A model generated the notes under the pieces. It was not told the DNA's origin. It made no database searches and worked only from the letters and a program-made list of their open reading frames with translations. A stretch of DNA of 64,000 bases from Eledone cirrhosa (taxonomy: Eukaryota), in contig OZ024747.1 in assembly GCA_964016885.1 (NCBI GenBank), positions 71,982,001-72,046,000 on the forward strand, read 5' to 3'. The translations under genes were made by a program, and so were the position numbers. Below, in pieces: positions 52,809-61,269 of the stretch (within the stretch, counting starts at the first letter, position 1; each line of letters starts with the position of its first letter).

Positions 52809-54180
52809 GATAACAAGTTATCGTTATAGGTATCGTCAGAGATTGTGAGTGCTCTGCGTCGCGGATACTTTTAACGTACAGCTTTTTTTGACTCAACAAG
52901 ATGCTTCCATAGTTATGCAGCGAGTTTGCGGTAATTTTTATGCAGGTTATACTTGGAGTACTTTAAATAAAGCCCTTATTGTACAACCAACCATGTTAAT
53001 CTTCATTATTTAACTATATATATAAAATATAATATATACCATTTACTTACATTTCTTTCTGGCTATTATATATACATATATATAACACTGCTCACAATAG
53101 GACAACTCATCTAACCCATTCAAACATGAAAAAATGGACGTTAAACGGTGATTATATATATATATATATATATATTTGCTAAGATACCAAAAGTATTTTA
53201 CCTTTGCAAATTTAATAATCCCAAATATTCGGGTCTAAAAACCCATTATCAAGGGAGTATCCCTATGAGAGACTTAAAGGAACGATTGGTCGGAGTTGAC
53301 TTGTTTGGAAAGCAGATTTAAGACATCTGCTTTTCAAACAAATCAAATACGATTGATCCTTTAAGTCTCTCATAGGGATACTCCCTTGATAATGGGTTTT
53401 TAAACCCAAAAATATTTAGGATTATTACATTTGCTAAGGTAAGATTCTTTTGTTATCTTAGCAATTTTAATTTTCCTTCTAGTGCATTGTATGGTTTTCA
53501 AAATTATTTAAATTTGTGTTTCCTATTCAACAATGCTTCAAGCAAACTACAACACTCATATATATATGATATATATATCTTTATATACAAATACGTATGT
53601 ACAAATACACAAACATACACTATTCCTCTGAATTTGGTATATCTCCATAAAATAAAATTCAAAATTTATAATCACAAGAGAGTTTGCCAAGAATGCCAAC
53701 ATCAAAAATGGAAAACACCCAGTAGAGAGTCAACTGAAATGACTGCACAACTGCATTCTGCACTATGTAGAACTGCATTCAGCACAATTGCACTCTATAC
53801 AACTGCATTCTGCACAACTGCATGATAAATAGGATTAAGCTAGTCACGGGGTCTATAAGGTTAACCCTTACTTTAGTAGGGAAAACGGCCATAAAATGTT
53901 AGCTGACATTGCTGTTGCTGCATTGATCTTATCTTTTATATAGTAAAGATACTAAAACATTTGAATTAACAAACATGTTTCTTTTTTTTTTTGGTAGGGG
54001 GGGGGGGGGGGGGGGGTATAGAGATTTATGGCTAAATTGTTACAGGATATTAAGAGTTAAAAATACAATACTTACTTGTTTTTCGGTTACCATAGCTCAC
54101 AGCTTCTGCTAAAGGTGTCCATCCTAAACAGTTTTTGATTCGGATTGGAGAGCCATGATCTAACAGAAGCTTGATACATT
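22042..54180 (-). CDS. ANKRD13C: ANKRD13C-like gene (ankyrin repeat + GPCR-chaperone/DUF3424 region), spliced, 11 coding exons in window, 5' exons not located
   Basis: Hand-spliced exons 54180-54076, 52444-52313, 47594-47528, 42493-42349, 37019-36888, 35707-35640, 32448-32349, 28505-28353, 26684-26656, 23027-22927, 22175-22042. All are GT-AG and phase-compatible (1166 nt). They contain the family motifs [66 protein letters not shown] and end RFPDL* with no UIM tail, as in 13C. Confidence 0.92.
22927..23027 (-). CDS. ANKRD13C: ANKRD13C-like exon: [33 protein letters not shown]
   Basis: ttcatag acceptor, gtaagt donor, 101 nt. Confidence 0.93.
23165..23662 (-). mobile_element. Rex3/Expander-like RTE LINE 3' fragment (others at 38838-39510, 47078-47358)
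   Basis: [32 protein letters not shown]...[14 protein letters not shown]; PTLTYGHES. Confidence 0.8.
24030..24585 (+). mobile_element. Non-autonomous RTE-tailed element with ~9 tandem ~44-bp units (inverted relative at 33660-34070)
   Basis: Unit cagtccacactgtaaagtggt(c/t)gtgtaggtg..acaaaaagtgcc, then aggaagagcatcca...aacccatgccagcatggaaa...gttaaacagtgatgatg. Confidence 0.8.
25375..25520 (-). mobile_element. tRNA-derived CORE/V-type SINE (others near 26085-26175, 31200-31290, 54555-54693, 62110-62350)
   Basis: Minus strand: A box TGGCTTAGTAG, B box GAGTTCAATTC, then CCTTGAGCAAGACACTTTATTTCACATTGCTCCAG. Confidence 0.7.
26656..26684 (-). CDS. ANKRD13C: ANKRD13C-like 29-nt micro-exon: SEEFPMAVE(A)
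   Basis: tattttag acceptor, gtaagt donor; supplies the family S-x-E-F-P motif and the phase needed to join its neighbours. Confidence 0.87.
26791..27249 (-). mobile_element. CR1 3' fragment with long (TAA)n tail, about 105 bp upstream (transcript sense) of the micro-exon acceptor
   Basis: ORF 26928..27221 nearly identical to the C-terminus of 5082..5768. Confidence 0.93.
28353..28505 (-). CDS. ANKRD13C: ANKRD13C-like exon: [51 protein letters not shown]
   Basis: tgtatag acceptor, gtaagt donor, 153 nt; ORF 28239..28484. Confidence 0.9.
32349..32448 (-). CDS. ANKRD13C: ANKRD13C-like exon: [33 protein letters not shown]
   Basis: ctgaag acceptor (weak), gtaaaa donor, 100 nt; continues the conserved RKRREHL motif in frame. 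Confidence 0.88.
35640..35707 (-). CDS. ANKRD13C: ANKRD13C-like exon: [23 protein letters not shown]
   Basis: ttgcag acceptor, gtaagt donor, 68 nt. Confidence 0.9.
35772..35914. repeat. Imperfect (GAT/GGT)n trinucleotide repeat
   Basis: Directly visible; produces the spurious poly-His ORF. Confidence 0.9.
36357..36623. mobile_element. hAT-type MITE
   Basis: CAGGG... / ...GTCTG ends, 8-bp TSD GTATACAC/GTATACAT. Confidence 0.55.
36888..37019 (-). CDS. ANKRD13C: ANKRD13C-like exon: [44 protein letters not shown]
   Basis: ctctgtag acceptor, gttagt donor, 132 nt; ORF 36810..36992. Confidence 0.93.
37681..37913. mobile_element. piggyBac-type MITE (second copy 47715-47917)
   Basis: TTAA-CTCTTTAGCATTT ... 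AAATGCTAAAGGG-TTAA; two similar copies. Confidence 0.8.
38161..38498. mobile_element. hAT (Charlie-like) MITE
   Basis: TIRs CAGCGGTCACCAACC / GGTTGGCTACCACTG; flanks ATATAGCC / ATATAGAT. Confidence 0.75.
38838..39510 (-). mobile_element. Rex3/Expander-like RTE LINE fragment
   Basis: ORF 39199..39609: [40 protein letters not shown]...[23 protein letters not shown]. Confidence 0.85.
40203..40755 (+). repeat. 40-bp minisatellite (gtgttgtatgtggtcctagatgtatgtattacctgcttgt), interrupted by a CR1 fragment
   Basis: About 5 units before 40409 and 3-4 after 40621. Confidence 0.9.
40409..40621 (-). mobile_element. CR1 3' fragment nested in the minisatellite (older CR1 tails also at 45102-45442, +)
   Basis: Essentially identical to 4979-5180. 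Confidence 0.93.
42349..42493 (-). CDS. ANKRD13C: ANKRD13C-like exon: [48 protein letters not shown]
   Basis: ttttcag acceptor, gtcagt donor, 145 nt; ORF 42313..42540. Confidence 0.93.
43378..43428 (-). ncRNA. Degenerate type I hammerhead motif in an inverted-repeat element
   Basis: TCTTAT-CTGATGA-tcc...ggt-GGAA-C tccgaa GTA^ATAAGA; perfect 6-bp stem I, GAAA changed to GGAA. Confidence 0.45.
43701..43786 (+). ncRNA. Putative minimal type I hammerhead ribozyme with long stem II insert
   Basis: ATGTAT-CTGAGGA-[55 nt with aggt/acct and cgatc/gatcg helices]-GAAA-C aatt GTA^ATACAT, followed by AATAAA. Confidence 0.55.
47528..47594 (-). CDS. ANKRD13C: ANKRD13C-like exon: [23 protein letters not shown]
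   Basis: tttcag acceptor, gtaaat donor, 67 nt, phase 1 to 2. Confidence 0.92.
47950..49500 (-). mobile_element. Decayed DNA transposase, Academ-like
   Basis: Minus-strand remnants [45 protein letters not shown]; boundaries approximate. Confidence 0.5.
49714..49912. mobile_element. Tc1/mariner-type MITE
   Basis: TA-CAAGGGTTGGTTGAAAAGTTCATAGGCT ... AGCCTATGAACTTTTCAGCTGATCCTCA-TA. Confidence 0.75.
51308..52078 (+). mobile_element. RTE LINE 3' part, divergent subfamily also carrying the PHD insert
   Basis: 51318-51410 reads [27 protein letters not shown]; ORF 51454..51900; (ATG)n tail. Confidence 0.9.
52313..52444 (-). CDS. ANKRD13C: ANKRD13C-like exon: [44 protein letters not shown]
   Basis: ttccag acceptor, gtaagt donor, 132 nt; visible in ORF 52302..52601. 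Confidence 0.93.
53176..53464. repeat. ~290-bp near-perfect palindrome (fold-back) in an ANKRD13C intron
   Basis: Arms include aaaacccattatcaagggagtatccctatgagagacttaaagga and its exact reverse complement; centre agcagat-ttaagac-atctgct. Confidence 0.9.
54076..54180 (-). CDS. ANKRD13C: ANKRD13C-like exon (ankyrin repeat): [35 protein letters not shown]
   Basis: ttttacag acceptor, gtaagt donor, 105 nt, ankyrin motif. Confidence 0.92.
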
Positions 54181-55177
54181 CTGTAAAAATGAAAATATAA
54201 CTGAAATCACCAAAAGATACTAAAATGTGGGCTTTTTGTAGTCAAATAAAAGATAACCACTTTATACTGTTTTCCAGTGAAAACATTAAGGAAAGAGTTG
54301 CATACCATCCATAATCAGAACAAGTTTGAGATTCAGTTTTAAGGACAAAGTCATATAAGCTAACTGCATATTCTAGTCAGAGTACTAGAGCTGGTTCTTA
54401 GTGGTTTAGCCAGACACACAAAATGATTTTATGTCAGCAAATAATACAATTATAGTCTTTCACTATTTAAAAAATAAAATAAAATGAAATTTACAGCTCA
54501 CACCTCTGTGGATTTAGCTGGCCTCTTATGAAGTTACATGTCATAGGAGGTTTCTTCATTTTTTTTAATTGAAAGCAATATGAAACAAGGAGACTTGCTC
54601 AAGAACACAATATGCCATCAGGCCCAGAAATCAATTTTACAACAATATGATGGTTAAGTTCAACACCCTAACCACTAGGCCATGCTCCTTCACTCTCTAC
54701 AGCAATGATACTTCTTTCTTCTTTTTATTTATATTATATTACAATTTGTGAAGGATAATATTGTTGGTTACAGATTTACAATGGGTAAATCACGAGTTCA
54801 ATGTATTTCTGATGGTAATAGTAAGAGGAGGGTGTCTAACATGATGCAAAAGGCTGTTTATAAAGCAGCAGTTTCTTGGTTTTCTTGCTGGGGTTTATAT
54901 TCTATACTGGACATAAAGCCACACACCCACAAACCCATGCATACACATACATACGCACAAACACATACACACACATCCATACACAATTAATTTCAACTAA
55001 AGTGCCCTGCAGTGAGATAGAACTTGGAACCACATAGTTGAAAAGCAAACTTCTTAACCACACAACCATGCCTGCACCCAACTGTACAATTATGTGAATT
55101 CACTAAAAAAAATGTTGATGCCACACTGCAGTGTCACATTCAGCATTTTTTGTCTCTGCTAGTGCCAACACTTTTAA

Positions 55178-55526
55178 CCCTTGTTACCAACCAGGCCAAA
55201 GCCATCCATTTTAAAGGGTTCCAAATTAAATTAGGATCTTCTAACAATTTTATATTAGAATCATGTTAGGTTACTATCTTAGTTGTGGCAAATAAAGAAA
55301 GATATCTTAGTTATGAAATAATAATTCTAGTAAATCGCTCAAAATTCTACAACTATAGTACATGAAACTGCATTGGCAAAACACTTTTGAGAAGTACAAA
55401 ATAGCACTGACACAATCGCATTAAAATTTAAAGTCTTTAATAGTGCAAATAAATGTTCTATAAATATTTGAATAAACAAATCTGTTATTAGATATTTTCT
55501 GTAAAATCATTACAGGATGTTAAGAG
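55178..55526. mobile_element. piggyBac-type MITE family (related pieces near 22320-22830, 31515-31560, 50318-50817, 54030-54060)
   Basis: TTAA-CCCTT start, ACAGGATGTTAAGAG-TTAA end shared by several copies. Confidence 0.6.
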
Positions 55527-55879
55527 TTAATTAATTGAAACGGTATGTATTTCATTAGAAATAAAGTCACAAAAGGATTAAAAGTTAATATCATCCAAAA
55601 AATATATTATAATACACCATTTTCATATTTGCTTTTCTCATGCTTGCATAAGTTGGGACAAGACTTTTATAGTAGGTTTTCTATGGATGCCCTTCCTGAT
55701 ATTAAATTATACCTTAATTTTTTAAAAGTATGATAATGTATATCACTAAACAATCATTGAAATGGTAAGCTGCAAGACATATTGTTATATTGTTCATGTG
55801 GGGATGTGTGTGCAATCATCACTATTTGCTTTTCATAAATAACCAATATGACAATTGCTTTGGCTGATACACACAAAGA

Positions 55880-55925
<46 letters not shown>

Positions 55926-56130
55926 AAGATTGAAGAATAACATGGTTGGCTGTACAAAAAGGGTTTTATTTACAGTATTAATAATTGTTTCATTGATCAA
56001 ATGAGTCTAAAGGTTGCTAATCACTAGACATTTCCTAAGGAAACTTGTTAAAACTATCCACAGTACAGAGTACTCACAACCTCTAACTGGATTACCTTAA
56101 ATGATAACTTGTTATCCTATATATATATAT

Positions 56131-56516
56131 AATTGTTTCTACTTTTGGCACAAGGCCAGCAATTACCCAGTACATTACTGGTACTTTATTTTATCGACTC
56201 CGTAAGGATGAAAGGCAAAGTTAACCTCGGCGGGATTTGAACTCAGATCATAAAGGGACGCAACTATGCTGGAAAGCATGTCCGACCATCTACCGATATT
56301 GCCAATTCACCACCATTATATACATAGGGTGGTGAATTGGCAGTATCAGTAGAGGGTCGGACGCCATGCTTTGACGCATAGAGTTACGGCCCTTGCCATT
56401 CTGAGTTCAAATCCTGCCGAGGTTAACTTTGCCTTTCATCCTTACGGAGTCGATAAAATAAAGTACCAGTAATCTACTGGGTAATTGCTGGTCTTGTGCC
56501 AATAGTAGAAACAATT
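56131..56516. mobile_element. Two full tRNA-SINE copies head-to-head with ~10-bp spacer, embedded in (TA)n
   Basis: 56131-56315 (-) and 56326-56516 (+) are near reverse complements. Confidence 0.9.
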
Positions 56517-56529
56517 ATATATATATATA

Positions 56530-56685
56530 ATGGGCTACCCTTCAGTTTCTATTTACCAAATTCACTAACAAGGTATTGGCTGATTTGGGGCTATAGTAGA
56601 AGACAGTTCCCCATAGTGTTGTGCAGTGGGTCTGAATCTGAAGCACGTAGTTCTGGAATGAACTTCTTAACCCCACAGCCATGAA
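56530..56685 (-). mobile_element. tRNA-derived CORE-type SINE (others near 13095-13235, 43250-43350, 55000-55080)
   Basis: Minus strand catggctgtg..gttaagaag...ttcaga.ccactgc...tgtcttctactatagcc; CORE-like cttg.gcaagtgtctt in the 43290 copy. Confidence 0.6.
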
Positions 56686-59059
56686 TAATTCATTCTATGT
56701 AAAATACTTATTGAGGCTTAAATCACCTAAAATTTTAATATACTAAACATTTTAAAAAAAATTTCAGCTGTTATACAGAAATTCCAGATAATTAATGGGG
56801 AAGGAGCAATACATGCTCACACATAATAAATATTAGTAAAGAATTAGACACTGCTGATTTCTTAGATAGACAGCCACTGAAAGTAGAACCAGTATGCTAA
56901 CAATTAGACTTTCAAGATGACGTCCAATGATAAAATAATGTCTAGAGTTCAAAACAGCTACAAAAATTTAGAGAACTCATACACCTCTAGACAACAAATG
57001 TTCTCATCCTTAAACAGTCCAGAACCATATTTTAACACCATAACCTCTCACACAATCCAGAGAAACCAAACATAAAAAAAGAGTGGGATCAGCATTAGTA
57101 ACTTTATTAACTTTATTATTGCGCAAAGATGCAAGTCACTGGAGACAAGTGAAACAAAAGCAATGGTCACACTCAAAATCAACAGGGAGACCAGAATACT
57201 CTGGACAGTGAAGGAAATGAAATATAACTGGATTGTGATTCTGTGATCTTTACAATAAATCATTTAATCCCAGGGGTGGAAGCATGCTGGATCTGTGAAT
57301 TGCAGCCTATATTTTGGCTGAGTAACTACGTTCTATAAATTTTCTCAATCAGACATGATTGAGGCTACACGATAACAAATAGGTTCTCATTGACAGATTG
57401 TAGGCCCATCGCAATATATTTTTCAAACAGGCCCTTCTACCTAAGGCCTGAATGCATCCCTTGTTAACTCGCGAAAAGGAGAACTTGAGCACAATGGATT
57501 TTTAAAAAATCATTTGGATAACAAAAATATTGAATGAAGGATCCAAGACAGTCAACTGCTCTAGTATAATCATAAAACATAGATCTATGTTGCATGTGGT
57601 GATAGTGATAGTAATAAAAAACAAAAAAATGGAAGAGAATGTTTTGTGTAAATGAACTGTTGTGGATCCTCAGGTAAAAAATAAGCATCGGATGCCAAAA
57701 TGAATGATATTGGAATAAGAATATAAAATTTTCATATCAGAGCAAAAGGAAATCAATACAAATAGACTTAAAATTTAACATTTATGACTGAATACCTGAT
57801 AAGAGCTGTACAAATTCCATTGTAGCTGAGTGTAAGAAGTAGCATGAGAAAGATAGGAAGACATTATTCCTTTGTTTACTGAAGGAAACTAGATATTCAA
57901 GTACTTTGGTATATAACTGACATTTACTATATCTATAGATGAAGTGGTAGATTGACAACATAGTTGAATGGACAGGGAAGAACTTTGCCACAACCCAAGC
58001 ACTCGCCCATGAGCACCAGAGGTTGAGGCAGTTGGTGCAGCATTTGGCACTGCAGTGTTCCAATGATCCTGAAAGGGGTTGGGGAACCATGATGATAACT
58101 ATAGCTTCAGTTCAGAGAAAAACCGTGCAGAGTTGATAAATAAAGTAATAGTCTAGGAGTGGTGGATTGGAAGAATTGTTAAAGAGTCAGATAGAAGACT
58201 TTGTGGTATCTGATCCGGTTCTGTATATTTTGAATTAAAATCCTATCTCTTTGTACCAAGAGTTGCAATTGACAGATAGTATCAGCAATGGAAATTCCAG
58301 ATGGAAGCTTAGTTTCCTTGATCTGATCTGATGATTAACTTCTTTCCTTTCCATACAGATGATTGTGAAAGCTACTTCTAATTGTCACTATTGCTGATGT
58401 AACCCATCAAGTACAATGGCATAATGTTCTTTGAGATTAATTATAAAGACAAACAGTTTCGAGATACTCATAGATAGAGTCAATCTGTTCAGGTTTGTTT
58501 TCAGTACAATTTCACCTCATTTTGTAAATGCGAGAGATTTATCTATTAGATTACATGGCTTTTGGTAGCTTACTTAACTTTCATTAGTGTTGTGTAAGAC
58601 CATTTTAAATATATTATTTCATACATTCTGTTCCTATAATTAGTTTTCTTTTCTTTTTGTGTATCACATCCTGAACAGTTAACATCACAGTTAATACAAT
58701 CACAGTACAGTAGATGGAACTGCTAGAAATTGCAGCCAAATTTACTTTTAAACCACGCACTACCATCTTAAATTATATACTAAATCATCAATAGAAACAA
58801 AAATATGGGGACATTTATTCCCAAGCAACACCACTGTTTATCACTAGTAATCACAAAACAACTATGAGGCAATTTCTCATGGTATTTTACTCATTGATGT
58901 GTATTTTTTTCATCTGAAAGACAGAGTCAGTCCTTTTGTTTGGTGAGTTGAGAAGTTCTAACATAGAGTCTGATGTTCTCACCAGGTCACCTACTAGGTT
59001 AGGTAGCAAATGCATAGCACATATTTCAATCAAATAGGTGATTTGTGAATAATAATAAA

Positions 59060-59283
59060 TAAATAAATATATATATGCATACACACACATATATATATAT
59101 GCATACACACACACATATATATATATATGCATACACACACACATATATGCATACACACATATATATATATATGTATACACACACCCACACACATATATAC
59201 GCATACACACAAATATATATATGCATACACACGCACACATATATATATGCATGCACACACACACACCCATATATATATATACA
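59060..59283. repeat. Compound (TA)/(CA) microsatellite
   Basis: Directly visible. Confidence 0.9.
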
Positions 59284-60180
59284 CTAGCAGTGTATCCCGG
59301 CGTTGGTAATAGCACCTCCAATGAGAAACGTTTATTTGTGAGTGCCTGTTAAAAACTCACAAAAATATACTGACAGGAAACTTGTTTTATTTGGAGAAAA
59401 TTAAGAAGTTGAAAGTACAGTTTAGCTGTCTACGTGCATTGTTCATAGAAATATTGTTGAGCTCCTTCTTTTCATACTCCTCTGTTTTGGCCTATTGGAG
59501 TAAATGTGAAAGAGAAAGTCACAGGTTAAGTTGGCAGAAGGTTCAAGTGTCATAGCAGTAAGGCGTAGGCTACTTACCTCAACAGTTCATTCACACACTT
59601 TCCACTAAGTTACTCTTTCTCTCTATCCCTCTTGGTGCAGTCCCTTGCGATTTTCTCAAGTAGGCCTGGTGTAGATTTGCACCCAATCCATCTGCCCGAT
59701 GCACATGTCCGCTTTGTACAGCTTTTGGAGGAAGGAGTGACCAGCAGTACGTTGTTCGGTATTATTACGAAAAAGGACAGTAGATTGGCAGTATTGGTAG
59801 AGGGTCGGATGCCATGCTTTGCAGCAAAGAGTTACAAACCTTTATGGTCTGAGTTCAAATCCCGCCGAGTTTAACTTTGCCTTTCATCCTTACGGGGTCG
59901 ATAAAAAAAAGTACCAGTAATGCACTGAGATAATTGCTGGCCTTGTGCCAAAAGTAGAAACAATTATTACGAAAAGGTGTAGCAGAGAATCCCGCATGAA
60001 CTAACAGCTCCGGAGGAAACTGCTTACCTCAAAGATTCATTCGCCATTGTTCTTGTCAACGCTCCGTTTAGTTGGTATTTGTTGGTCTACAGTTAGATGA
60101 ATGGCACACAAAGGGTTAATGTTTATTGGCAAGAAGTGGCAACTGGGCTGGCTTGCCTCGCTTATATTATATACTAAGAT
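59283..60180. mobile_element. Probable non-autonomous Helitron/Helentron-type element with a nested SINE (59777-59965)
   Basis: Starts ACTAGCAG..CCCGGCGTTG (similar start at 38717), ends ...tatattatatactaagat; nested SINE flanked by ATTATTACGAAAA(A)GG. Confidence 0.45.
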
Positions 60181-60631
60181 AACAGATTAAAGTTTAAGCA
60201 AAGAATCGCCGCTTTCACCCTTAACGGGATCTTCTGAAAGTAAAAAAATCAATCTGTGAACGCAGAAGTAAATATTTCGAAAAACGTTGCAACCAAAGGA
60301 AAACAGGAAGACGATACTTTGGTTCGTGAAGACGTTCCCTGGCAATGAACGGAAAATAGCGAACATAATATGTCATCAATGTTTGTCATAATGTCGTAAT
60401 GCATACAGACAGATATTATAAGGGCTCGACAGAGATTGATGACCGGCGCCTAACACCCCTTTAACAACAGAAAATTGAAAAATAAAAGCTGCAGTTAATA
60501 TCTTTAGACCGTAAGGAATATATAAATGCAAGTTTGAAGTCAATTGGAGTAGAAATGTGGATTTGTATAGACTTTGCAAAAATGAGGACACACACACACA
60601 GACAACTACAGTTTTATATATATAGATATTC

Positions 60632-60779
60632 AATATTATGAAGGCTAAAAAGTGAGTCTTGTTACTCAAGTTTCGCCTGTTTATCACAGTGTCATCAGAC
60701 AAGTTCTAGTCTGGTGACCCTGTAATAAACAGGCGAAACCCCAAAGCAATAAGACTCACTTTTTAGCCTTAATAATATT
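60632..60779. repeat. ~150-bp palindrome of two inverted hammerhead-bearing fragments
   Basis: aaggctaaaaagtgagtctt.../...aagactcactttttagcctt; each arm has CTG(A/G)TGA...ACAGGCGAAAC. Confidence 0.8.
60658..60703 (-). ncRNA. Putative minimal type I hammerhead ribozyme
   Basis: CTTGT-CTGATGA-ca-CTGT gataa ACAG-gc-GAAA-C ttga GTA^ACAAG; 5-bp stem I, minimal stem III, C-C at 10.1/11.1. Confidence 0.55.
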
Positions 60780-61095
60780 AAATATTAAAACTATTTTGAT
60801 ATTGAGTACTTGTCTCTCTCAGCCATCAACCACAAATGGATAGATATATATTGTGCTAGCAGTTCGCGTGGTGTGCAGACGTGTTGTGTGAACGCAGACT
60901 GAGCTGGATGTACCGCACGTGGACAGTAGAATAACTCTGCCCAAAATGATTTGAAGACGCAAGTGAAGTTGCTTTGACGAGTCAAGGAGGAGAAAGGGAA
61001 GAGGAGCAGACCCTTAAATGTGTTTCCATGCTGTTTCCAACTTCACCTTTTCTCTGTAACCACTGTTTTGTATAGAAACTCACTTCCCTTTTCAA

Positions 61096-61127
<32 letters not shown>

Positions 61128-61269
61128 TAGTAATGGAATGTCAACAAAAGGTGGCCTCCTGCCCATCTAGAAGGACAGTAATTCTGAATTAATTACTGGT
61201 GTTGTCCACAACATCCATCCAACCCTTGCAAGTATGGACGAGTGGAAATAAAATGATGATGATGATGAA

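Noticed and set aside
56326-56420. tRNA gene (A and B boxes present)
   Set aside because: No cloverleaf; it continues into a multi-copy SINE body and tail.
58887-59321. Cys/Tyr/Val/His-rich ORFs (also 52526-52899, 5734-6029)
   Set aside because: They are products of TA/CA microsatellites.
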